Below are positions 18,064 to 28,218 of a stretch of 64,000 nt of DNA, piece after piece (the first letter of the stretch is position 1; each line of letters opens with the position of its first letter). The translations under genes were made by a program, and so were the position numbers. The DNA is from a virus. The stretch is from IMG/VR virus record IMGVR_UViG_3300021961_000020. One strand, given 5' to 3'. A model generated the notes under the pieces. It did no database searches, was not told where the DNA came from, and saw only the letters and a program-made list of their open reading frames with translations.

Positions 18064-18434
18064 CAGACTGCTCGTAACTGCTCCAGACAATATTCATCAT
18101 CGATAATATTATTTAGTTCCGTGCGTGGGTAATCGGGAACTCTACCAAGATAGGTTAGAAAACTTTTGGTACAAGACCATAGATCTCTATCTAATTTAAA
18201 AAAGAGCAACGGAACTCCAGCGTCCCCAAATACATTAAAAAGGACTATGAAGTGATTAAGAATCAGATGAGTTCTTAACTCTCCGCTATTCTTATATCTC
18301 TTCAGTAGCCTTTTAATGTATTTGATTCTTTTAAGATCATCATAAAAATCTTCCTCAGTTACTGCCTGAGGATTTTCATAATTCTTAATAGCAAATAAGA
18401 GATAGTTACTATCGTTCAATTCATCGAATTTCAT
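18063..18434 (-). CDS. Conserved T4-like hypothetical protein
   Basis: MKFDELNDSNYLLFAIKNYENPQ...RIKYIKRLL pattern. Confidence 0.8.
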   Translation of the reverse strand: MKFDELNDSNYLLFAIKNYENPQAVTEEDFYDDLKRIKYIKRLLKRYKNSGELRTHLILNHFIVLFNVFGDAGVPLLFFKLDRDLWSCTKSFLTYLGRVPDYPRTELNNIIDDEYCLEQLRAV

Positions 18435-18442
18435 TCACTTTA

Positions 18443-18985
18443 TCATACATCAGTAGGATAAACGATGCTGCCAGCACCAGTGCTAATGCCACCGCTGCCA
18501 GTAGAATCGGCACCCATGGCAACCAGAGTTTCTGTCTTAACTCTATAATTTCCGTGGCAATCGATATAGGTTTGAACACCTACCCATCCATAATGAGTAA
18601 CAGAACCACTGTGACCCATTGCAACGGCAGAAGTAGAAATGCCATAGACAATTTTGTCTTCGACACCGTAGGTATTCTCACTGAAAGTGGAATCTCCTAC
18701 AGTATATACAGGCAGTTCACTGACATAGAAGTCAGTAGCGGCGATAGCAGCACCAGAGAGACCAGCAGTACTAGCAATGCTCAGAACTCTTTCACTGGTA
18801 ATACCAGAGATAACTGCATCTCCATAGTATGTGCCGACACCATCACGAATGCCGAAGCGGATTACTTGACCAACTTCCAGATCAGTAGCGAAAGAAGTAC
18901 CAGCACCTGTGACCGTACCAGTAGCATAATCCAGGCTAACTGTGCCAGTGGAAGTTACATTGTCGTTATTGCCCCAGAGAGCCAT
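18443..18985 (-). CDS. Probable virion structural protein
   Basis: MALWG N-terminus, G/T-rich, late promoter upstream. Confidence 0.65.
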   Translation of the reverse strand: MALWGNNDNVTSTGTVSLDYATGTVTGAGTSFATDLEVGQVIRFGIRDGVGTYYGDAVISGITSERVLSIASTAGLSGAAIAATDFYVSELPVYTVGDSTFSENTYGVEDKIVYGISTSAVAMGHSGSVTHYGWVGVQTYIDCHGNYRVKTETLVAMGADSTGSGGISTGAGSIVYPTDV

Positions 18986-19019
18986 GTTTTTGCACCCAAT
19001 GTACGATTTTTCTTAGAAT

Positions 19020-19027
19020 TATTTATA
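19020..19027 (-). promoter_or_regulatory. Late promoter
   Basis: TATAAATA. Confidence 0.8.
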
Positions 19028-19029
19028 AG

Positions 19030-19233
19030 TCAAGCATCCTCGCGGGTTTTAATCGCTGCCTTAACTTTTTCAAACAGTTCGTCGTCAGCAGTAGTCTTAG
19101 TCAGTTTAACTGCTTTACCGACAATAAGGAGACACAGATCGATGAGTTTTTCACCCAGTTCTGCATCGTCGGGGATCTTAGCGATAGCGGCATCAACTAC
19201 TTTGTATGCCAGGGGAAGTAAAAAAGAGACCAT
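19030..19233 (-). CDS. Conserved hypothetical protein
   Basis: 67-aa ORF. Confidence 0.75.
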   Translation of the reverse strand: MVSFLLPLAYKVVDAAIAKIPDDAELGEKLIDLCLLIVGKAVKLTKTTADDELFEKVKAAIKTREDA

Positions 19234-19266
19234 GATTTTTACCTATATGGTATACCCTATATAGGC

Positions 19267-20598
19267 TCAATCTCTTGCAGAATCGTATTTCTCCCTTGCC
19301 TTAGATTCTTTCTTCTCTTTAGAAGTGAATCCATGCTTACGAACACGCTCGTTATGCTTCTTAATGCGATCTTGAGTCAGTTCACCTTCAGTCTGCTTGC
19401 GACCTCTTTCCTTTTTCTCCTGACGAGAACCAGGATACTCCTTACGGAACTTGTCGGTGATCCCTTTAGCACGACCTTCCCTTTCTAACTCAGCAACTTT
19501 CTTACCCTTCTCTTCAACTTCGGGTTTGCGAGCACCTTCTGCGATAGCAGCGATCTCTTCCTTTACAGATTTTTGCAACTCTTCTTTTTTCTTTAAATTT
19601 TCTTTTTCTTGATTTGCTGCTGCCATTTTGGAAAGACCACCAATAGCACTGCCTACACCTCCAACAGCTTGAAGTGGAGCAGTAGCTGCACTAAGGGCAC
19701 CACTGACGAGACCTGAAGCAGCACCTTTAGCAACACCTCCAACAATTGCACGGCCTACGCCTTTTTGAAGTAGAGCACCACCAACAGCTCTTGCTAATAG
19801 TGCAGGAGCAATCTCATTAATCTCAGTTTCTTCTTTGACTTTTTTCTTTTCTGGAAGACCATCGTGCTTAGTAGATGCAAAATCTTTTACATCTTTCTTC
19901 TTCATGCTGGCAGCAACTTTGGCAACCTCAGGCGATGCCGCTCCCTCACCTTTCTGAGCAGCTCTGACCATACCCATGAAACGCTGCTGCTTTCTAGAGA
20001 CTGCTTTCTCACTTAAAGTCTCCTCTTTCATCTTAACTACTTTTCCACCCAACTTCTTCTTATCAATCATTCCCTGCAGAAGTTGATCTGGAGTTTGATT
20101 GGTCTTGGATGCATCAATCTGTTCTTTCTGGCAATTAGGAACTTCTTTACCACCCTTCTTCTTAGTTCCTCTGGCAACATATCCATCCCAGCACTTACCA
20201 GCACCGACATTCTTCCGTGCTTGCTTGAGACCCTCTTGAATATCAGGATTGATTTTAATGATATTCTTTACGGGTTTCTCTTCGATTGTTATTTCTTTCT
20301 CGTCAGAGGTCGTCGCCTTGTCGGCGGGATACAACTTTTTTTCGTTTAAACCCTCAACCTTTTGACGGAGAGACATTTCCAATTCTTCTTTCTTAACACG
20401 CTTTGCTTTCTCAGCAGCGATAGCAGCACCAACTGCCTGACGACGCTTTCTCAGGTAGGAATCGGACTTATCAGAGTCACCATCATTATCAATATCAGAG
20501 TCTTCCTTACCAACAGGGTCCAACTTTTCAGACATAAAAACATTGGCCATGCTATTAAGCATGATTTGCTCTGCGCTATCTTCAATAAAGTTTTTCAT
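19267..20598 (-). CDS. Late charged protein with Gly/Ala-rich segment, probable internal head protein
   Basis: Late promoter at 20630; E/K-rich; glycine-zipper-like stretch. Confidence 0.7.
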   Translation of the reverse strand: MKNFIEDSAEQIMLNSMANVFMSEKLDPVGKEDSDIDNDGDSDKSDSYLRKRRQAVGAAIAAEKAKRVKKEELEMSLRQKVEGLNEKKLYPADKATTSDEKEITIEEKPVKNIIKINPDIQEGLKQARKNVGAGKCWDGYVARGTKKKGGKEVPNCQKEQIDASKTNQTPDQLLQGMIDKKKLGGKVVKMKEETLSEKAVSRKQQRFMGMVRAAQKGEGAASPEVAKVAASMKKKDVKDFASTKHDGLPEKKKVKEETEINEIAPALLARAVGGALLQKGVGRAIVGGVAKGAASGLVSGALSAATAPLQAVGGVGSAIGGLSKMAAANQEKENLKKKEELQKSVKEEIAAIAEGARKPEVEEKGKKVAELEREGRAKGITDKFRKEYPGSRQEKKERGRKQTEGELTQDRIKKHNERVRKHGFTSKEKKESKAREKYDSARD

Positions 20599-20621
20599 CG
20601 AACCTAAAAGCTTTGCGTCTG

Positions 20622-21821
20622 CTATCTTTTATTTATAAATGACTTTACCTTCTCCAGGGGAGTAAGGGTCTGTACATATTCTCTGTAAGAATCTGTTCCG
20701 ATTTCGCGTTTGGAAGCAGGAACTCCAGAGGGAATACGAGAAACATACTCAGTCAAGTCTCTAATCCAAGACTTGAACATGATGCCTTCCTTAGTTACTG
20801 CAATAACATGATTAGCGCCACGGCGAATGACTCTACCAATCAATCCAGTATTAAGAGATTCTACAAGTGAACCCATACCAAAAATATCGCCAGAGAGATA
20901 GTGCTCTCTAAGAGTTCTGGAATCATACTTAGGTGCAATTTGCCACATCTCAACGCCTTCAGTTTTTGCTGCAGCACCCATAGATCTTTGAACTGTATTA
21001 AACAGTTCTCTAGCAACTACACCCTTAGCAGCTTTAGGAAGTCCCTTTCTAAATGATTCAAAGTCTCCGTCTGCTGCTAGTGCTCGTAATTTCGAAGCAG
21101 ACATGCCCTCGACCCCTTCAGCATCGGGGTCCCGTTCTCCAGCAGAGATGACATTAATCGCATCAAAATTATAGAGTTGCCCGTTGTATTTGTTTGCGAG
21201 GTTCTCAAACTCTTTTTGTCTGTCAGCACCAACCACGATGTTGACACTGGCATATCCTTCGGTGTCTGCATGTTTCAAAGCATCAAAAATAGTACGAACA
21301 GAAGGATCGTATACGATCGCGTTCGAATGATCAGGGAACATCTTCTTCATGAAGAGAACCTTTGTCTCTGCATCAAGAGGGTTCTTTTGAGGATCTACAG
21401 AGTGAGAAGGATATACAACATACTGCTCACCCGCAGCAGTCTTCTTAATTGTATCTAAAAGTTTTTCATGACCAGATGTAGGAGGATTGAATCTACCAAA
21501 TCCGATGGTGAGAGTTCCTCTGGTCTTTTCTACTTCCTCAACCTCTCCCTCTTCGGGTTGCATTCCACCCTGTCCAGGAGCAGGCGGGGGTGGTTCTTGA
21601 GGGGGAAGTCCTCTAGCAGCGGGTCCAGGTCTTGTAGGATCACTCTCTTGTGCGGGCTTTCTACCGCTAGTGAATACTAATTCACCTTCTACAGTTCTAC
21701 CTACAATTCTATTCTGAGCATCCAACCACGATCCATGACCATCGCCCTTCAAACCAAGCTTCTTTGCTTGCTTTGCAGCGTTAGTCTGTGCCTCGTTTAA
21801 AAACTGGAAGAAACTCTTCAT
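20622..21821 (-). CDS. Cytidyltransferase-like (HIGH-family nucleotidyltransferase)
   Basis: FGRFNPPTSGHEKL, VVGADR and MSASKLR motifs. Confidence 0.88.
   Translation of the reverse strand: MKSFFQFLNEAQTNAAKQAKKLGLKGDGHGSWLDAQNRIVGRTVEGELVFTSGRKPAQESDPTRPGPAARGLPPQEPPPPAPGQGGMQPEEGEVEEVEKTRGTLTIGFGRFNPPTSGHEKLLDTIKKTAAGEQYVVYPSHSVDPQKNPLDAETKVLFMKKMFPDHSNAIVYDPSVRTIFDALKHADTEGYASVNIVVGADRQKEFENLANKYNGQLYNFDAINVISAGERDPDAEGVEGMSASKLRALAADGDFESFRKGLPKAAKGVVARELFNTVQRSMGAAAKTEGVEMWQIAPKYDSRTLREHYLSGDIFGMGSLVESLNTGLIGRVIRRGANHVIAVTKEGIMFKSWIRDLTEYVSRIPSGVPASKREIGTDSYREYVQTLTPLEKVKSFINKR
20630..20637 (-). promoter_or_regulatory. Late promoter
   Basis: TATAAATA. Confidence 0.8.
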
Positions 21822-21826
21822 GATTA

Positions 21827-22432
21827 TTATGCAAATACCCGCCGTGTATTCTCCGCAACTCTATTTATATTAAAGGATACAGTCATACGAAGATGTTTGC
21901 TATCATTCTTTTTAACAAAGTGTTTTAGATTAGATGGAAATATGAGTATATCCCCTTCTTCTACAGGGATATCTGCATGTTCTAGAACATGGGGATTGAG
22001 TCTCTCATCCATAAACTCACCATCAAACATGAAAGAATTTATTTGTTCTAGAGGATTGCAAAATGTTGTACCTTCATGCTCATAAGGATTAAACAACACA
22101 TAATGAATTGCAGAATAGAATCCAGGTAAATGAGTGTGAGGTTCTTGATAATGAGATCGATCATAAGTGTTCATCCAAATCTCATGAATGTATGGTCTAT
22201 GAGTCAATCCAATATCATTCTTCCATTGCTGAAGAATGTCAATATAATTATCACTAATCTCTTGAGGAAATGCTCCTTGAAATTCTGTCCTCACATTGCA
22301 AAACCATCCATCTGGAGTTCCATTAACAGAGAAGTCTTTGTAAGAGTTGTACCTCTCTAACATGAACTTCTTTATTTCTGTGGGATCAAGATGATACTTA
22401 TATACTCGCTGAGGAAACAAATCAATGTGCAT
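21827..22432 (-). CDS. 2OG-Fe(II) oxygenase (TIGR02466-like)
   Basis: HTHLPGFYSAIHY, GDILIFPSNLKHFV and RMTVSFN motifs. Confidence 0.85.
   Translation of the reverse strand: MHIDLFPQRVYKYHLDPTEIKKFMLERYNSYKDFSVNGTPDGWFCNVRTEFQGAFPQEISDNYIDILQQWKNDIGLTHRPYIHEIWMNTYDRSHYQEPHTHLPGFYSAIHYVLFNPYEHEGTTFCNPLEQINSFMFDGEFMDERLNPHVLEHADIPVEEGDILIFPSNLKHFVKKNDSKHLRMTVSFNINRVAENTRRVFA
21862..21869 (-). promoter_or_regulatory. Late promoter for the cytidyltransferase, inside the upstream gene
   Basis: TATAAATA 40 nt before ATG 21821. Confidence 0.7.
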
Positions 22433-22433
22433 T

Positions 22434-23765
22434 TCATTCTAATTTGATATACGGAGCAGAGTAACTTGCCTGAGAACTAGCATACAAATAAAGATCTTGC
22501 ACTACTTGATCTTGTATTTGCTTTGGTGCCTTCTTCATGGTTAACAGCAAATTCATGACGAGGTACTTTGAGTATCTGTACTTATCAGAATTTCCTTGTA
22601 TTGTTTTGGCAGCGGCACCCACTTGTGCTGGACTAATTATACCATAGTCTGCCATCATTTGCGCTATGTTGGCGCAATGTTTTTCCGTGTTTGATTTTGC
22701 CAAAGCAGCAGACTCTGACGATGCAGGAATCTGCGGTAGTCCATGTCTCTTGAGAATAAAATTGATTGGACCCAAAGAAACCTTACCCTGGTTAGCAGAC
22801 GCACCCTTAATCTCTCCCTGCCATCCAGTCAGTGATGCTTCTCCACCAAAACTTCTAAACTGGATCTTCTCTGTTGTTCCAGCACCCCACTGAATATAAC
22901 CATCCATAGCATCCATATTAGTGGTAGTTCCTCTAAAAGATGCAGTTACTGCCTTCTTATCCGTAGGGAAATTTTTCTTACTAATGATTCCTCTACTGCT
23001 AGTAATCTTTTTAAGAGAGACTCCAATCAGTTGATTAGATTGAACATACTCGAACATCTTTTCATTCAATCCCTTTAGAGTTCTTTCTGCTTGTAACTCT
23101 CCAGGATTAAAACCTGCACCAACCATGTAGATGTCAGCAGGACTCCACTTGTTTAGGTTACCAAAAGCAGACTCTTCTCTATTGATTGCCGTAAATGTTT
23201 TTTCGATAGCATTAACAACAGGAGATCCTCTGTGAAAAGTGAACCTACCAGAATTTCCATACATTTTAAACAGAGCATTTGCACCAGCAATAGATGAGTT
23301 AATCCAATCATCTGGCAATGCATTTACCATGTTATCGAATTTTTCATCAGTGATTGCAGTTGCTGCTGCTCTTACAAAATTATCCTTAGTAACATCCTTG
23401 ATCGTCATCTCACGACGAAGAACATTAAAAACTACAGCAGCATAAAGTGCCTGAGATGATTCGGCAAGTTTAGTTAATGCAGCACCAGCGCCAGATCCTC
23501 CACCACCACCTTTCTTGTAGATGAGTTTGATGAGACCTTTTTGAAGTGCAATCTTAGTTACAGGAAAAGAGGACTCACTCTTGTCAATTTCATTGACAAA
23601 AGGAACCCTCAATCTAATTAATTCTTTAGATATTTTATCCTGGGTCTCTGCTCTTTGTGCAGAGATGATTCTAATTTTATCTACCTTAGGTCCAGATTTG
23701 ACGACTTTAGTCTGCACTCCTTTAAGAGCAGCATTCAATGCCAATAATACTTCTCCGTCAGACAT
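22434..23765 (-). CDS. Hypothetical protein, possible PD-(D/E)XK-like nuclease
   Basis: LAES...WSPADIY...GVSLKK pattern; CTAAATA at 23790-23796. Confidence 0.5.
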   Translation of the reverse strand: MSDGEVLLALNAALKGVQTKVVKSGPKVDKIRIISAQRAETQDKISKELIRLRVPFVNEIDKSESSFPVTKIALQKGLIKLIYKKGGGGGSGAGAALTKLAESSQALYAAVVFNVLRREMTIKDVTKDNFVRAAATAITDEKFDNMVNALPDDWINSSIAGANALFKMYGNSGRFTFHRGSPVVNAIEKTFTAINREESAFGNLNKWSPADIYMVGAGFNPGELQAERTLKGLNEKMFEYVQSNQLIGVSLKKITSSRGIISKKNFPTDKKAVTASFRGTTTNMDAMDGYIQWGAGTTEKIQFRSFGGEASLTGWQGEIKGASANQGKVSLGPINFILKRHGLPQIPASSESAALAKSNTEKHCANIAQMMADYGIISPAQVGAAAKTIQGNSDKYRYSKYLVMNLLLTMKKAPKQIQDQVVQDLYLYASSQASYSAPYIKLE

Positions 23766-23766
23766 T

Positions 23767-23973
23767 TTATTCTATCTGGTCGTCAAGACTATTTAGATAG
23801 TCTTTCTCAGTTTGATAGGGTTGTTTTTTGCCAGACCAGATTTCATAACCCTCTACAAGGTCTGGAATTAACCACTGGTCCACCCGATAACAATACTTCC
23901 AGTTGGCAGGTTGAATACAATTCATCACGACAACTTGAAAGAATGCTACTAGGTGGATCCAGAAACTATACAT
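23767..23973 (-). CDS. Hypothetical protein
   Basis: 68-aa ORF. Confidence 0.65.
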   Translation of the reverse strand: MYSFWIHLVAFFQVVVMNCIQPANWKYCYRVDQWLIPDLVEGYEIWSGKKQPYQTEKDYLNSLDDQIE

Positions 23974-24143
23974 CAGTCTTTCATTGCTTCGTCAAGAGCA
24001 GCATCGATCTTACCAATCACTTCACGAATTTGAACAATGCGAGGAGGAACACACTTTTCATCATAAGTATATCCTTCTTGAGTATTGACAAGGGACTGCA
24101 TTACATAAACGGCAGTCTGGGGATCGAGTTCAAGGTTAATCAT
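23973..24143 (-). CDS. 56-aa hypothetical protein (not in ORF track)
   Basis: MINLELDPQTAVYVMQSL...EAMKD; TGATG overlaps on both sides. Confidence 0.7.
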   Translation of the reverse strand: MINLELDPQTAVYVMQSLVNTQEGYTYDEKCVPPRIVQIREVIGKIDAALDEAMKD

Positions 24144-24787
24144 CAAAGGTCACCTGCTTTACGGTTTTCAGAATAATATGCATCGAAGGTTCCTTCTGGA
24201 TAACGAGCAGCAAGTTTGCTGATGTTACGATCCAGAACTTCTTCCAGAGAGATGTCCAGTGCCATACATGCCTGAGCGACATACCACATGACATCACCGA
24301 GTTCGATCTTCAGGTGCTCGATGTTATCAGCGTTCCAGGGTTTGCCTTGGAAGGTGATCTTCTTAACGATCTCCATGAACTCGCCACCTTCAGCAGCGAT
24401 ACCAACAGCAGCAGTCAGGAGACGCTGGATGTCACAACCTTCTGCTTGCAGAGATGCAACACGAGCAATGAACTGAGCATTGTCCTTAGAAGGAGCACTG
24501 GTAACCTGATCGACAAACTCAATATATTTGGAGAGATTGGCAATCTCACGCCTGCTTTGAGTAACAACTACTTGCATACTTTCAACAGCACGAGCTTGCT
24601 GTTCAGCAGCAGGAGCACCTTGAGGACCAGTAGGATTGACAGGGTTATCTTGCCACTGTTCAGTGCCAGGATCTCCAGGTTCCATCTCCCAGAACTCCTT
24701 AGCACGGGGACGGGAAGGAGCAGGAGGTTGCTGAGGACGCTGAGGTTCAGGAATATTGTCAGCGATTGCAGAGGAATAAGTAGGCAT
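24143..24787 (-). CDS. mazG: MazG-type NTP pyrophosphohydrolase with Pro/Gln-rich N-terminal extension
   Basis: GIAAEGGEFMEIVKK, ELGDVMWY and NISKLAARYP motifs. Confidence 0.9.
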   Translation of the reverse strand: MPTYSSAIADNIPEPQRPQQPPAPSRPRAKEFWEMEPGDPGTEQWQDNPVNPTGPQGAPAAEQQARAVESMQVVVTQSRREIANLSKYIEFVDQVTSAPSKDNAQFIARVASLQAEGCDIQRLLTAAVGIAAEGGEFMEIVKKITFQGKPWNADNIEHLKIELGDVMWYVAQACMALDISLEEVLDRNISKLAARYPEGTFDAYYSENRKAGDL

Positions 24788-24792
24788 AATAA

Positions 24793-25662
24793 TTATTCAA
24801 ATTGAGTTTGTTTTGGATGATAATTGAATAGAGTGTCAAGTCTGAAGTGTTCCCAACTATAGGAAACCGTATCTATGTATTTGTCTTCAAAGTCAAAATC
24901 TTCAGGAGACAAAGAGAAAAAAATAGACAAGACTAACCTCTGACTATCAGAGAACCAACTAGGTTCAATGAATGGATTATGGAGGTTCATAGTTGGGTAA
25001 ACTACTAGACTATTATACCCTATCGTGACAGAAGTTTCAAATGAAAAATCTTCATAGTTTTTAATCTGAAACCACGAATCTACAGTTTGAAATTCGTGAC
25101 GATCATAAAAGTTTTGCAAACTATTTTTATCTTTACGGTCAAAATCTAAAGCATTAGTTTTACCGCGCCATGACCAAAATCCTGTAGTAACTGGATCAAC
25201 ACTCTTGGAGAAATTTATGTTTGTGACGAAACACGGAATATCATCCAGTGTATCTAAAAGAGGAGTATCGATATGAGGATAACAACATAGACTTCCAGTA
25301 GAATCTAATGTCATATTTCCGCTTGTGCATTGGGTATATAAATCCCAAACACTTAATTTAGAAACACCGAATAATGGTTTAAGTCTCTGCTCTAACTGCT
25401 GCGCAATTATTGGACGCAACATGTCAGGGAATCTATGAGTAAGACCAGGACGAACATTATCACTATCAATAAAGTATCTTGTTTCCCAGTAGTCAAGATT
25501 CTCAAAGAACTCAGATACTAGATCTGGATTCTTATAAACATCATTTGCTACAAGAACAGGAACTTTATCATTTAAGAGACGAAATTCGAACTCAAGGTTG
25601 TTAACCGCAGAGATTTTATTCCAAATTTCTGTTGCTGATCTAATCAAACTTAAATCCCTCAA
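24793..25662 (-). CDS. Hypothetical protein, probable 2OG-Fe(II) oxygenase-like fold (DUF6445-like)
   Basis: PHID...YNSLVVYP..NLHNP...R pattern. Confidence 0.6.
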   Translation of the reverse strand: MRDLSLIRSATEIWNKISAVNNLEFEFRLLNDKVPVLVANDVYKNPDLVSEFFENLDYWETRYFIDSDNVRPGLTHRFPDMLRPIIAQQLEQRLKPLFGVSKLSVWDLYTQCTSGNMTLDSTGSLCCYPHIDTPLLDTLDDIPCFVTNINFSKSVDPVTTGFWSWRGKTNALDFDRKDKNSLQNFYDRHEFQTVDSWFQIKNYEDFSFETSVTIGYNSLVVYPTMNLHNPFIEPSWFSDSQRLVLSIFFSLSPEDFDFEDKYIDTVSYSWEHFRLDTLFNYHPKQTQFE

Positions 25663-27016
25663 ACTTGTTTTCCTTTACAAAGTTCTCTGCATCATTTTCG
25701 TCACCACGATCATGGAGACTCCCACCTTCAGACTGATCACAGTCATAAAGTCTCATCTTTGCCCTGTCAATACCTACAACAAACCGCTTGTTTACTGTTG
25801 GATCGTTATACCTATTCTTCAACTGCTTCACCATAATTTGCCCGAGTCCTTCAAGATCTTCAGATGAAATAAGGGCAAACATAAGATCAGCAGTAGCAGG
25901 GAGGCCAAAGGACTCGCTAGTGTCAGTAATGTCAACATCACTGCTGCTATAACCAGAACGAGTGGTCTGGGTGGCAGATACGATAGGGACCTCTGCTTCG
26001 ACAGCAAGCCCTCTAAGCTCTTCAGCAATTGCCTTGATATAGCTATATGAATTAACACCAATCGCACCGCGATAGCGTGAGGAAGAGCATATATTAAGGT
26101 AATCGATGAAAATAATATCAGGACGAAAAGACTTCTTAAGTGCCAGATCGTTGAGCAGAGATTTAAAGTGTCCCGCATGGGCAGATGCTGTCGGGTACTC
26201 TTTAATTATAAGAGTTCCCTGAGTCTTCTTAGCAAGGTTATTGACTTTTGTTTCGAACATCTGACGAGGAAGATCGACTAGATCTCTGATGTTAACATTA
26301 AGCAGATTAGCGTCGATTCTTTCTGCAATTTTCTCTTCAGCCATTTCAAGCGTGATGTATAGGACATTTTTGCCCTGTAGTAACACCGAGCTTGCGACAT
26401 GACACATAAACAGAGATTTACCAACCCCCGTGCCAGCAAGAGCAATATTAAGTGTTTTGTTAGGGAGCCCGCCTTTCGTAATCTTGTTAAAGTATTCGAG
26501 GTCGAACGGGATCTTAGATTCTTGTTTATGATAGGATTCGTAGCGTTGCTCATAGTCTTCAAGATAATCATGTCCGATGTGATTATCAAACGAGACTGCA
26601 AGGGCATCCGACAGAATACTAGGGATAGCATCCCTAGTTTTCTTAGAATCTTTGCCGTCTGCAATTTGAATGGATTCCATGAGTGCCAAATAGATGGCAC
26701 GATCACGGCACCATTTCTCAGTGGCATCGAGCAACCACTGAGAATGAGTCTCCGATTCACGGAGAACTTCAACTAACCCTAGAGCGTCTTTGAACTCTTG
26801 TTCAGATAGGTCTCCCCTGTTCTGAATCTCAATGCTAAGAATTTCTGGTGTCAGAATTTTGTCATACTCCTGGGCAAAGGAGGTGACTTCTTCAAAGATA
26901 ACTTTTTCAGTACGCTCCTGAAAATATTCAGGATTAATAAAGGGAAGAACTTTCCTTAGAAACTCTTCATCATGAATGAGATTTCTAAGGATAGTGAGTT
27001 CAATACGATCATTCAT
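25640..27016 (-). CDS. gp41: Replicative DNA helicase
   Basis: AGTGVGKS, IDYLNI, SESFGLP and KQLKNRY motifs. Confidence 0.96.
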   Translation of the reverse strand: MNDRIELTILRNLIHDEEFLRKVLPFINPEYFQERTEKVIFEEVTSFAQEYDKILTPEILSIEIQNRGDLSEQEFKDALGLVEVLRESETHSQWLLDATEKWCRDRAIYLALMESIQIADGKDSKKTRDAIPSILSDALAVSFDNHIGHDYLEDYEQRYESYHKQESKIPFDLEYFNKITKGGLPNKTLNIALAGTGVGKSLFMCHVASSVLLQGKNVLYITLEMAEEKIAERIDANLLNVNIRDLVDLPRQMFETKVNNLAKKTQGTLIIKEYPTASAHAGHFKSLLNDLALKKSFRPDIIFIDYLNICSSSRYRGAIGVNSYSYIKAIAEELRGLAVEAEVPIVSATQTTRSGYSSSDVDITDTSESFGLPATADLMFALISSEDLEGLGQIMVKQLKNRYNDPTVNKRFVVGIDRAKMRLYDCDQSEGGSLHDRGDENDAENFVKENKFEGFKFD

Positions 27017-28020
27017 TAGGCACCATAACTAAATTCGTTCTTAGCAATCTCATCGAGTTGCTGCATCACTTCTTCAGTGAAATATACTTCTGGTTCTTTA
27101 AGGATTTGCTTTGCATAAAGCTTTTTGCCGTCGATCTCATACCGACCTGCGACATTTTTCCAGAGACCGCCCAGTTCACCGAGTTCAAGAAGACCATAAT
27201 ATCTATCAAGACCACGCTCATCGTAATAAAGACGAACTTCCACATCTTTGTTTTCCTTACTTAAACGAGATTTAGCAGTCTTTGCTTTGATAATGTTTCC
27301 AACAACCTCGGTTCCATCTTTCTCTTTTTTCTTTGAGAGATAGATGATAGTAGAAGCAGCATATTTAAGACCAGAACCACCGCCCATTTCCTTTGTAGGA
27401 ACATAGGCACCAATGACATCGTAGGTATGATTAGTAACGATCATCGGGATATTTGCTTGACCCAGTTTAAGGGTAAGCATACGGAATGCACCTTTGACAA
27501 GTTGAGATTTAGTCATGTCCCGAACTTGTTTATCGTTCAGAGCATCAGTAATCTCTTTATCAGTAGAGAGCATACCAAGAGAGTCTAGCACAAAAATACA
27601 AGGTTTACGCTCATCTACAGATTTTTTTAAGTAAATGTCTACTGCTTTCAGTGCCTTACTACGAAACTCTTCGATGGTAACAACATTGACAACTACCAAA
27701 CGCTTGGTGTCAATACCACGAGATTCAATCAGTGATTTAGTGATAGCTGCCTCAGTATCAAAGTAGAGACAATAACCATCGGGGTTAGAATCAAGAAAAT
27801 TCTTAACCATAGCGAGAGAAAAGAAAGTCTTTCCAGTACTAGACTCTCCAGCAATAGCAGTAATCTTATTGCCAGATACACCACCAAATACACTACCTGA
27901 CACCAGTGCGTTAAAAATGTACGAACCAGTGTCAACATAACTTTCAGATTCTTCAATGTCTGCTGCGAGTTTGGTGTAGTCATCACCAATCTCTTTTACA
28001 ATATCTTTAAGAAAGTCCAT
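27016..28020 (-). CDS. uvsX: RecA-like recombinase
   Basis: [12 protein letters not shown] and [11 protein letters not shown] motifs. Confidence 0.95.
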   Translation of the reverse strand: MDFLKDIVKEIGDDYTKLAADIEESESYVDTGSYIFNALVSGSVFGGVSGNKITAIAGESSTGKTFFSLAMVKNFLDSNPDGYCLYFDTEAAITKSLIESRGIDTKRLVVVNVVTIEEFRSKALKAVDIYLKKSVDERKPCIFVLDSLGMLSTDKEITDALNDKQVRDMTKSQLVKGAFRMLTLKLGQANIPMIVTNHTYDVIGAYVPTKEMGGGSGLKYAASTIIYLSKKKEKDGTEVVGNIIKAKTAKSRLSKENKDVEVRLYYDERGLDRYYGLLELGELGGLWKNVAGRYEIDGKKLYAKQILKEPEVYFTEEVMQQLDEIAKNEFSYGA

Positions 28021-28218
28021 TCAATACCAACGCATGCTTTTCAAGTATTCTAGCACATTCTCACGAACATCCAACAGTTCGGTGTAGCACTTTTGATTGT
28101 GGGCACACTGCCTCAGTTCTTGATCTGGTTTAAGAACACTTTCAATAAAAAGGTCTAGACCACGATTCCATTTATCTTTTTTTGATTCGGTATCTACGAT
28201 AGAATTTTGATCGTTCAT
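28021..28218 (-). CDS. Hypothetical protein
   Basis: Start taken as MNDQ, which overlaps the gp43 stop (ATGA). Confidence 0.7.
   Translation of the reverse strand: MNDQNSIVDTESKKDKWNRGLDLFIESVLKPDQELRQCAHNQKCYTELLDVRENVLEYLKSMRWY

Noticed and set aside
19242-19265. Imperfect palindrome CCTATAT-GGTATACC-CT-ATATAGG
   Set aside because: AT-rich single instance with no U-tract; probably a simple mRNA hairpin
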